Shown here piece by piece: positions 44,501 to 56,500 of a DNA stretch of 64,000 bases (positions are counted from its first letter, which is position 1; the number at the start of each line of letters is the position of its first letter). Both the position numbers and the translations under genes were made by a program. Under the pieces are notes generated by a model that saw only the letters and a list, made by a program, of their open reading frames with translations, ran no database searches and was not told the origin of the DNA. The DNA is from Podarcis erhardii (Eukaryota), in NCBI GenBank assembly GCA_964252035.1, contig OZ176215.1; one strand, given 5' to 3'.

Positions 44501-47500
44501 AAATGTCTGGGCCTCCTCAGGAAGAGAATTGCATAACTGCAGGTGCAGGGCAGTATACAAATCTAATATAACAACAACTGTATTGTGAAAAGCAAGTGCG
44601 TTCTGCTCCTGTTTTGCCTTCCTGGGGCTGGTCACCTGGTTCAGCAACAGGCCGTTTTCTAGCCTTCATATACTGCATGATTGCATCTTACATGGTGGTT
44701 CACTTTCCAAGCATCCTGCGTATAAAAAAAAATGTGCATACCCTAAACTAAACTTTGGAACTGCCCTGCAGTCAGACAGTTGTGGGGGGGAGGAGTGAAA
44801 GACTCCCCAGCACTCCCAGAGTCTCCATGCAGAGCAGGCCTTGCCCCCCAAGCAAGGTGGAGAGCTTAAAGGCTCTTTTCGCGCTTGGATCACGCGAAGC
44901 GGACACAGAGGAAAAAGAGCTTTCAAGTTCTCTGCCTTGCTTGCATTGAACTCGTGCAATTTCAATCAGCCAAGTTAAATGCACCTAAGATGCAACTGTG
45001 CTGTACCCAAAAATGCAAGCTCTTAGCAGACACAGCTCTGAAACAAATGACATCCTCTTTGAACAGGAGCCCTGGAATGGAGGCTAAAATCACACTGACC
45101 TGCAGGTTGTGAAGAAGGGAGTACAGAGTCCTGAGCCGCTGCAGCACTTCCTGCGGGGTGGAAGGACAAGGCAATCAGTCCAACAAGGCCGCGCCACCCC
45201 ATAGCCCCCTGCCCCGGCCCCCTGCCCCAGGTCTCCTCTGTTCCACTCACCTCCTGTGGTACTTTCTGTTGTAGCTGATTGCCGTTCCCATCCTACAGTA
45301 GGGATGCAACACAAACTGTGTCAGGTGCCAACTTGGAAAAACTGGCCAGGAAATCACATATCCACCTAGCTCCATATTGTCTACACTGACTGGAAGCTGC
45401 TCCCCAAGGATTACAGGCGTGGGACATCTCCAGCCCTACCAAGAAGCACCAGCAATTGAAACCAGAACCTTCTGCAGGCAAAGCAGATATTCTATCAGTA
45501 AGCTATGGATATTTTTTCCCCCTTGGGGGAAAAAACCTCCAATGGAGATCTTAAAGCTCTTGAGATGTTTCAGCTAGTGAGGGACAAACTTCTTTTGGGC
45601 TTGCTTGGCGGAAAAAATATTTGGTTTTTCAAGCTTTCTTTGAGAATACTGGTGGTGGTGAGAGGGTTCCCTAGAGGTAAGAAAAGACTTTACAGCTTCC
45701 CCTTAATTGAGATCATTTCCTGCTTAAATGAGATAATTTCCTGCTTGGGGAGGCAGGAGGGTGTTGCTTTCTCCCAGTTCAGTTTGCTCCATCTTGACCG
45801 AGGAGAACCTTCTGCTCCATTCTAGACTCCAGGCCAGGCGCAGAGCTCAGGCACGAACTCCCCACCAGCCACACCAAAAGACTCACCCGTTGATTTGAGT
45901 CAGACTCAAGCCTGATGAATTCGAGAGAGCCGTTGATGGTTCCGGTTTCGCCATCTGTAGGAGGAAAATAGATGAAACCAGGTGAGAGTGGGGATCCCTT
46001 TCCAGGCACCTTGATCCTCCCCCCCCCCCGCCCCTGCAAATCTTAGCTCCGTAAACTCCATGCAAATTTAGCCAGCAAAGAAAATCAAATTGGGGCAAAT
46101 TCATTTACTATCCAAATTTACACCAAACAGAGGTCGCTTCCGAATGACCCATTTATTGAGCCTTCCCCCTGGAGCTTTTAAGATTATATTCTGATTTTCA
46201 CCATGAAGGTCTCAAAAGCAGCTCACAACAATAAAATATACAATATGCAAAATTTAAAAACATAAACCTCAAAAATTTTAAACCTCAAGGATTTATAACT
46301 GCACAAGTTTGTCTTTTGGATTTTTCTGTTTTGATTCATGCTGGTTTTTATGTGTTTGTTTCTTCATTGTTCCACCTTGCTTTGAGGTTTTTTTGTGTGA
46401 AAAAAGCCGCCAATAAGATTGATCAATAATAATGAAAATAATTACCGTATTTTTTGCACCATAACACTCACTTTTTTCTTCCTAAAAAGTAAGGGGAAAT
46501 GTCTGTGCGTGTTATGGAGGGAATGCCTACGGGTGGCATGCCTACGGATTTTCCTCCTCTAAAAACTACGTGCGTGTTATGGTCGGGTGCGTGTTATAGA
46601 GCGAAAAATACGGTAATTGCACAACCCAATTTTCCTGGTATGTCACTGAATCCTACCCATGAAACAGTGATAGTCCGGAAGGGGCAACAGGAGTCGCTCA
46701 GCACATGGGGTTATGAATTCCTTCCCTAGGACTAGCTCAGCAGGGGTGCTGCTCTGCCCCATAAGGTGAACTTTGGGGTGGGGGATGGACTTGCTAGGGG
46801 AAACTGGCAGGGAAGAGGGGCACATACTTGTGGAATTGTTGGGGTTTGGGCTGGAGCACCCGTTGGGAGCCTGGCTATGGTTCTGGTCTCGGTCCCAGCC
46901 GGGTCCCACGAAGAGATCTTTGAGAAGTTCCACTGCGCAGGCATTTTGTCAGTAAAGAGAGAGATTGGGGGCGTGAAGACAAAGGGAAAGAGACGCAGAT
47001 TGCTTAGTAAGCCATGTAATATTTGACGTAATGTATTAATATGTACAATAAAGCCTGATTACCAACATTGTCCCCCTGATCTCCAACCAACCCGTCACAC
47101 TTTATTGCAGCCTTTGTCAACTCAGTGTCCCCTGCACCCGCTGTTTTGGACTACAACTCTCACACTGCAAAGCATCCTCACCTGCTGCCTGAGCAGTCTA
47201 GGCTGCCAGCCGTGTCTTCCTATGGGACAATGCAAGCTCTTGGGAGCTCAAAGAAGCCCATTTGTTCTTTCCTCCCTCAAGCCACCTGTGGTTTATGGAC
47301 ACCCTATTTGTACCTCCTGCAACCCCTCATCGGAGGCAGGAGACTTGGGCCAAGGTGGGGAGTGTCCCTTGAGTGCAGCAGCTTGCTACCTTCTTTGACG
47401 GCCTCCTGGATCAGCTTCTCGCCCTGGGGGGTGTCGGACGACTCGGTGCGGAAGAGGGTGCGAGGGTTCACGCAGCTCAGGGGCCCGTCCTCGCTGCAGC

Positions 47501-50500
47501 TCTGAAGGGCCAGGATGTCTGCAAAGAGCCTCACTTTATCCTCCAGGAGTTCGGAGATTTCCCGGTCGCACTGAAGTATCTTATCTGCCCGAGGGAGGAA
47601 GAGAGATCGTTGCTGGGGGGAGGTGGTGGGTGACAGGAATAGCACCCTTTCCTGGAGTTCTTATTTCGTTTGCCCTACCTTTCATCTTCCGCAGAGAGGC
47701 CTCATTCTCTGTCTCAATGAGTGGGAAATCGGCCCGGTCGGGGCAACTGTAGTGGGCAAAATGACAGCAAAAAAATTCAGTTTAAGATTCCTGGCAGAGC
47801 AACGGATGTAACTCGCACCTTTATGCAGGAAGCTACATTCCAGCCACATAAAAGCCAGAGGAGGAGAGGGCAGAGGAAGGCGTGTGAGGGGCTGTGGCCT
47901 GGGGAGAGGCCTGGAGGGCTGCATTTGGCTCCTGGGCCTGAGATTGCCTACCCTGGTCTACCATGACTGGCGATCCAACCTGGGACTTTCTGCTTATCAA
48001 GTAGGTGCTCCACTGGTGAGCTATAGCCCTTCCCATAAATAATTTTTTAAAAACTTGTATCTTCCATTGGCATGCATTAGATACAAACCAGACTTTAGGA
48101 ATTCTCTTTCTCTGAAACCTGATGCAAAACGACCTAATCAACATCTCTCAGACTGATGTGCAGACTGTAATTTGAATTTTGCACTGCTCCAAATTTGTTG
48201 AGATGGTATTTAGCGCACACACACACAGACACACACACAAATGGTACCAAAATGCATTTTAAAATGTGGGTTTTCTTTAAAAAAAAATTTTTTGGGTAAA
48301 AGTGTACATGCTCAGTCATAAAATGTGAAGTAAAATCCATGGGGGGGATGGGTTCTTTTAAAAAACACACCACTGATTATTGTGGAAATAGGATGGAGTG
48401 GGTTTATGAACATGAAGCTCAAGCAAATTGGAAATAGGTTGATCTATCCAGTAGTCAATAAAACCAGCTCACCTTTGCCATTCATTGTTCTGTTAGCCCT
48501 ACTACTGTTAACCTGTGGGCCAAATATTTGCATAATTTATGCATCCACAAATACAGAAGGGGATTTTCTCCTGCATCTTCCAACATGACAATGATTCCTG
48601 TTGACAATGATGAAGGAACGGGGGGGGGGGGAGTTATTTAGGGGAAGGACCTGTTGGAACGGAAATATCCTAACAGGACCATCATTCAGAGGTAGAGCCA
48701 CTTCTCTGCACACTGAAGTCCCAGGTTGAATCCCTGGCAGCCTCCAGGGGAGGCTGCGAAAAGATCCCAGTCAGTGTGGACAATTCTGCACTAGTTTTTT
48801 TCTGATTTGGCAGAAGGGCAGCTTCCTACCTTCCTATGTTTATCCAAAGAAAACATGGCTATGTTTTGCCATCTGCTAAGAGATTGATCAACATTCTTGC
48901 CCCTCCTTTCATACGTTGATGGGTGTGGACGTTTTTATTGTGAGGTCTGTTGGCTGGATCAATAAACTGGCTGATAGACCGACTGATCTGTCCATCCCCA
49001 CAAGAGCCTCCGACCAGGAGGGCTGGGCCCCATCACCCACAACACTCACAGCTGGACCGCCTGCTGGATGTGCCTCATCCAGGTGTTGCGCTCCTCGCGG
49101 GAGGCGGTGTGCACCTCGTACATCTCTGGCGGGGTGTTGCTGAGGAGGAACATGCCCTTCTCCTGGTTGGCAATGTCTCGCACAATCAGTCTTTGGAGGG
49201 AGATGACAGAAGGCTTGTCCTGGGAGAGAGGGAAGAAAGTCGATAGCGTTTGTGGCGCCTTTCTGGTTGTTGTTGTTGTTTTAATTCATTCCTACAGTCA
49301 TGCCCCACATTGCATCCAAAGGGGTTTACATGGTTTCCCCCCTTCCCTGATTTTAACCCCACAACAACCCTGTAAGGTAGCTTTAGGCTGAGAGGCAATG
49401 ACTGGCCCAAGGACACATGGCGAGTTTGGACTCTGCTTCAAGCAGAGATTGGGTAGCCATCTGCCAGGGATTCTTTAGCTGTGGTTCCTCTACTGCACGG
49501 GGTTGGACCTTGGGGTACCTTCCAGCTCTACGCTTCTATGATTCTCAGAAATGCTTCTGGGCTGACATTATGTTGTCACGTTGCAGCATCGTGCCAAATC
49601 AGACATTTTAGAGAAGCATGGAGGCCACTTAGAGAGGATCCCACTGATTTTCCCTAACTTCCTCAAAGCTCTTTGTTTCCACCCATCCCAGATAAGCAAA
49701 AAAGATAGATTTTATTCCTTCCTTTTGCCAAAGATTCCCAATTTCCTGAAATTTTGGCTCAAGTTAACCATTATCTTAACAGATGTTTGTGAGAGACAGC
49801 AAGAGAGTGTGACTCTCTTCCCCTACCATTTCCATTTTTCTCCTTTGTATTTTTGTAACAATTGCAAGATGGCTCTCGTAACGATTGGTTGCCAATTCAA
49901 AGTCACCTGTGCATCCCTTATCATGTGATTTAAAAAAGAAGAAGGTTCAAAGGAACCTGTCCCATTTTCAGGGCAGAACCCTGTCCAAGGTAGTGTACAA
50001 CGAACATCACTAAAACATATTAGAAACATATAGAAGAGCCCTGCTGGATCAGGAGAGTGGCCCATCTAGTTAGTCCAGCATCCTGTTCTCACAGCAGCTA
50101 ACCAGATGCCCCAATACAAAGCCCTCAAGCAAGACCCAAGCACAAGAGCACTTTCCCCTCCTGTGGCTTCCAGCAACTGGTATTCAGAAGCATTTACTGC
50201 CTCCGACCATGACAGAAGAGCACAGCCACTCTGGCTAGTAGCCATCAGCAACCCTCTCCTCCATGAACTTGCCCAATCCTCCTTGAAAAACACTCAGGTT
50301 GGTGGTCATCATTGCCTCCTATGGGAGCAAGTTCCCTAGTTTAACTATGTGCCAAGGGCTTTCTTTCGTCTGTCCTGCTTCCCTTAGCCAGAGTATCCAG
50401 TTTGAGAGGCTGGGCCCTTTACACCAGGGAATAGGCACAGCCCACAGAGCATCTCTCACCAGGGTGGGGAAGGTGTACTTCTGATCCTTCTCCTGAAGGA

Positions 50501-53500
50501 AGATGAGAACATCTGTCATCAAAACCACCAGGACATCTGCAAGAGAAAAGGGGAAGAAACAAGGCGTTAGGGGCTGAAAGGTATTTTGGGTTGTTGCTGT
50601 ACATTCAGTCCCTTGCACTCCCCTATCAAAGTGAAGATCCTGTAGAACCACTACCCAGCACTGCTGTTCTGGAAGGAGATGAGGTCCCCTTTATTATCCT
50701 GGCTGTCACTCGGATCCTCTGTTCTCAGAATCGCCTGCCTTGGAAGGGGTTACATCCCCCTGGAAGGAAAAGGCTCACATGACTTGGGGGTTGCTATTGG
50801 ATTCTGCACTACCACTGGAAGCTGAGTGGCTAAGAATGCCTTTTTACCACTCCATCTGGCTTACCAACTATGGCCCCTTTTAGAGAGAGATGAATTGGCC
50901 ACTCTACTCCATGCTCTGGTAATTTCCAGAGCATTGGATTACGGCAATGGGTTTTCCGTGGGGCTGCCCTTGAAGACTACTAGGAAACTTCAACTAGCCC
51001 AAAACGCAGCAGCCACATAGTTGGCAGGGTTTCTGTTTGGATCTCGTATAACCCCTGGTTCAAAACAGCTCCACTGGTTGCCAGTTTGTTTTTGGGCCCC
51101 AAAATTTGTTTTAAACTCTTTTTAATTTTGCATTGTTGTGTTTTAATGCCGTAACCTTCCCTGGGACCTTAGGGTGAAGGGCAGGTTTATAATAACAACA
51201 ATAACGGCATTCTTTCAAACTGCGACGTGCCTTGAATATGCTGGCCAAAAGCCGATGTATAACCATAGCAAATACGTATATAAAGCATGACTGCGCCTGT
51301 TCATAATCAGGGATTCTTTTTGCCATCTGGGAGATCCCCCTCCTTGAGAGCCGCATGCCACTAGAGGGCAGCAGTGAGCTGCACACACAATTCCACAGGC
51401 TCCACCCACCTTTGAAGCGCCCGGTGGCCGTCTTCCAGAGCATGCAGCCATCGTGCACCAGCTTGCGACGCAGCATCTCCTCTTTGCAGAAGGGGCCGTG
51501 CTCCCAGGGCAGGTCGGCCTTGGCGCGCCCATCCACCCGCCCATAAATCTCCTGCAGCCGCGCATTCTTCTCATAGTCGTGCACTTCCTGGTCGACGGTG
51601 GAAATGAGTTCCTTGATCAGAGTCAGGGCGGTGCTCAGGTCCCGCTGGTCTGCTTCGTTCCCTGGGGTGGGGGAAGGCAGGTGGGGAGACCAGGATCAAA
51701 GGGTCGGTTTGGTTATTGGGCTTTTTGGCCACAGGGAAAACCCCTCTTCCCATCAGCTTATGCCCAGAACCCATTGAAGCCTCTCACAGTTGCTGCCTCC
51801 CGATCGCATTGCAGATTCAATGCCCCTCTGTCTCGCTCACTTCCGGTTCCTGGGTCTCAAAGGGGTACCAGACCTTGCCCACATTCGGCAGGGCTATAAG
51901 CATCACTAGACCATTCTGAACAAAGCAACACAGCAGGCTCTGGGTATCAGTCTTAATTTTCTCTCCCCCACCAAATGGCTTTACTGAGCTTGGGAAGTTC
52001 ATCAAGGTTACATTAGGATGGTTATCAGCAGCTGAATATTAATTTATTATGTCCTGGGAGCTGTGTACAATTCCACTTTTGGTAGAATGGTACCAAAGGA
52101 CCTGGCAGGTGATGACGATGAATAGAGTATCTAGGTCCGATTTTTGTGCAGGCACTTTAAATACCATGCAGTGCATCTTGAATGAATCATCCATCTCCCT
52201 TAAATACAGTATATATGAAAACTGCATATACCCAAATCCTTGGAGCTGCTCCCGTGGCTAATGGGTGAGGGGGCAGAGAGTATGGCCAGTCCTCCCAGAG
52301 CCCACGTGCTGAGCAGGGCTTGCCCAACAAGCAAGGCAGAGAGCTTAAAAACTCTTTCCACACCAGGTAACACAAGCAGAGCCCCATGTGAAAAGAGACT
52401 TGAAGCTCTACGCCTTGCTTGGGGGGCCAAGGTGTGTTTGGTGTGCTAGCTCTGGAAACCGAGGGGTGCTTGTGTGTGACCTCGCAGGAACTCAGATTGC
52501 CCAAGAGATCTCGTGAGATCACCCCAGAGTCATTGTAGAGACTGGGCCTTGCCATACAAGCAGGCCCAGCACAAAAAGAGCTTTGAAGCTCTCCGCCTTG
52601 CTTGCATTTAACTTGTGCAATTTTAACCAGCCTGCCTTCAACTGTGCAAGTTAAATGCATGTAAGACACAATTGTACTGCATTACAAAGAAAGAAGATTC
52701 CTGATGATTGATTGCATGCATAACGAGGCTACAGAAATGCTTCAGAGAGCTGATATTGTAGGCATTAGTTGATTGTTTGATGGTCATGATTAAGAGAAAA
52801 AGAAGCCAACTTTTTGCCCCTTTGGTGAAAGGTCACCCTGCCCTCCATTCTCTGGTACCTTTGGAGTTTTGCAGGATCCGGTCAATGAGCCCGGGGTACT
52901 TGGTGATGCGCTGGGTCACCAGAAGGATGCACTCTTGAACCCCATGCCGCCTCAGCACCGTCGACCGTGTCAGCCTCTGGAGAAAGGGGCAGAGAGGGGC
53001 AAAAGGTCACACTGGGGAACAGGTTTCACAGCCTTGGGAGTCGGAGTTCCCATTTGGGGCGGAAGGGGGTGAGGTGATAGACCTTCCCAGTGGGAAGGAA
53101 GGATGGAGAGTCCCTTTACCCGGATGAACTGCTGGAACCGCTTGTCTCGTGCAAAGAGCTCCTTGTAAAGCTTCACGGCCTTAGTGTGGCGGCTGCAGAA
53201 CTCAGAGTAGGCCTTCTTCATCTGCTCAGCGCTGCTGCCTGAAAACTGGAAGGCAGAAGTGCAAGGAGGTGAGATCACAACAGGAAGACAGGCCACAGCT
53301 CAGCTGGAAGAGCACCTGCCTTGCATGCGGCAGGAGGGCCCAGGTTCAATCCCCACTGGTATCTCTGGGTAGGGCTGGGACTCCCTGGGACTCTCTTGCT
53401 TCAGACCCTGGAGAGTCATTGCTGCCAGTCAGTGTAGACAATACTGAGCTAGATAAACCCATGGTCTGACTCAGTACAAAACAATATCCCATGTTCCTGA

Positions 53501-56500
53501 CATACTAGCTGGGCAGGGAGAAGGGAGATAAGAGTTGCTTTCTCCCTCTATGCCCCTCCATGCCACACACCCCACTCCAAATGGGTGCCAGCAAGAATGG
53601 CGGCTGCTGCACCTGTTGGATGAGGATGTCCCCCAGCCGGTTGATGACAAAGTTCTTGTTGCTGTCGGCAGCCAAGGACTCCTTGCGGCGCTCCAGGAGC
53701 TGGACGAGGAAGCGGTCATGGATGTCGCTGAGCTCGTCTACGCAGGGGAACATGCTCTGCACTAGGGCCACGTCCATCTGGAGGTCCTCCAGCATGCCCT
53801 TGCGGAAGAGGTTGGTCATGATCTTCAGCGTTTGCACGTGGTGGAGCTCTGTCTGGATCAACTCTGCAGGAGCAGGGAGAGGGAAGATGTGAACCGGTTT
53901 GCATTGGCATAGTAGAGGCAAAAGAAGATGGGGTGGGGTGGGTGTGCCAGGGCTCATCCACACTTCTGTTTTGCCTGTGACTTCCAGGCATGCGTCCAAG
54001 AGGTTTTTCATTCGCCCCACCTATTTCCCCTGGGAAAAGCCACTGTTCACTGCTGAATTGGAGCAAACATCAGTCGGGTTTTCTGCGGATTGACGTTTGC
54101 TCCAGTTCAGCAATAAATGGTGGGTTTTCCCACAGAAAGTGGCAGGACACAATAAAAGCCTCTCAGACCTGTGCCTAGAGGTCAGGAACCAAACGGAATA
54201 AATCATGCGACAAAGGAAAGCGTGTAGGAACACTGAGTGCAAATAGCACAATTCTTTTAATCGGTTCAGAATTCAGATGGTAGCTTGTGTCTGAATGTTC
54301 CACCCACACTGGAGTGTTTGTGTGCCATTAGGGAGAATTCTGTCTCCTCCCTGGTGTGCTACTTTTTTACTCGCTGGGTAGTTTTATTCATTTTTTTCAC
54401 AGGGGAGCATTTAAATATGCAATTTCCCCTTCCTCCTGCATGCGGAAGTTGTGCAATCCCAGGAGGACTGGACTGTGCCACCTGATCCTTCTAAATGTTT
54501 TGCTCGGCTCATGGTGTCAGAGGTCTGGGTGAGACCTCTAATCCTCCTTTAAGGTTGTTATTCTGGCCAATAATAAACCCGGCCCCAAAATCAAAACGGT
54601 AGAAACACCACTCAGGGGGTTGTATTTGGTTTGAGACACTTATCAAGGAGGATCCTAACAATTTCTGTATGCCTCCCTGCAAAGAGGCTTATAAATACCA
54701 GGCAAAGTTTAATTCCACAAACTCTGTATAGCAATTTCCACTGGGGGGGTCGAAGGAAGGAAGGAAGGAAGGAAGGAAGGAAGGAAGGAAGGAGTGTTAT
54801 TTCCCATTCCCAATGGCTGTGAGCTTCAGGCTAAATGACACACGATATTAAACATGTGCTTTAAGGCTTATCCTGCCATCAATTTGCTAGTCCTTAAGAT
54901 GCTTCAAGATTTTGTTGGTTTTGTTGGTGCAGACTGACACAGCTACCTTTCTGGAGGTTGCTACTTGTGCACTGACAGCATTTCATGTGTCTTTCAAACT
55001 ATATATTGCTGGGAAGACATTGACTGGCTGTGACTATGCTTCTCCTTCCAAGATGACATGGCGTTTGGGACCCATTGCTTTCAGAAATCCTCAGTAGGTG
55101 GGGTGGAGGGGTGGCAAAAGTGGCACAAGTCCTCACCGTAGATGACATCTTGGCGCTTCATGACTTCCTTTTTGTGCTGCTGCAAGAAGTTATTGTCAAC
55201 TGCCAGGCTCCAAGAATCAGCCTCAAAATCCTTCTCGCCAGTCTCAAAGTCGCTCATCAGCTGGTTGTATATGACTTCAGCTCCTGGAGGAAAAAAGAGG
55301 GGAAATGTGTTTGTGTATGTGGAAATGACTTTGATGAAGGAGGGGAGGAGGGAAGAGGATGAAAGCCTAACTGAGCCTCGAGGGCACGCAGAATATGTGA
55401 GCCACTGGACACTGGGAACTATCAAACCACAACATGCACACAGAATAAGTGCATCTGGGGTTGTGGTCTTGGAACCCAGGTCCAACTCACACAGAGACAC
55501 TGTCCTCTTCCCAAGACTTCATCCAGGAACGCTGTATGCTTTGATTGCTCAGAAATCCCATGCAAAAAAAGGGGTGGGGAGCTCAACCACAGAGACAAAG
55601 CAGGCAGGTTTGATGTTTACAATCAAGAAGTGTATAAATTTTATGGAGGGAAAATAAAAATAAATAAATAAAAGCATCTGGGGATTCAAGGTTGACAAAC
55701 ACTCAGCACTCTTAAAAACAGAGCCCTCCTCATTTGTCAGGCAGCAAACAAACAAACAAACAAACAAACAAACAAACAAACAAACAAACAAACATCCAGC
55801 CTGTCTGTTCTTATTTGTGTTAAACTCACCCAGATTCCTAGTTTTCTACACATATGCACAGAATATTGACACAGGATTTCATCACCCACACTTCCCATCT
55901 CACCTTCGTCGATGAGGGACTCGACTGAGAGGGTCCGGTTGCGCATGTTCAAGGAGTCAGTGGACTGGGACAGGATCCTCCGGAGGCCAAGAGGAGATTC
56001 ATCGTTGAAATTCCTGGACAGAAAGAGGAGAATTTTCTAAACCAATACAACTGTCGCTTTATCATCTTTTTTAATAAACAAAACAACCCTTTGAAGTAGT
56101 TCAGGTTGAGATAGAGAGGGGTTGCCCGAAGGTCATGCACGATCCTAGTGAGTTTCAAGGAACCCGCCAGGGATCGTAACTCAGGTCTTCTTAGTACAAA
56201 TCTGATAAGAAATACAAGACTGACACTGTCCATTACAAAGAGGGTTCACGTTTCGAGAATATTCCTGCAGGGAGAGTGGGGAACCCATAGCCCTCTGCAG
56301 GTGTACTTGGACAAAACTCCCATCCTCCTTGACCATTGGTCTCCATTGGTTGGGGTGGATGGGAGTTGGAGTGTAGCAACATCTGGAGGGCACTGATCAG
56401 GGAAGACTGGGCAGATGTAAGTCAAAAGACAGGTGACCTGCTCCACAAAGCTCGCAATGTAAATCTGGGCACACAAGGGAGAGATTTGCGCTTTCTCTCC

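Noticed and set aside
46947-47099. Short TG...CA segment with AATAAA resembling a mini LTR
   Set aside because: No clean TSD, and the segment doubles as the exon 16 branch point and pyrimidine region.
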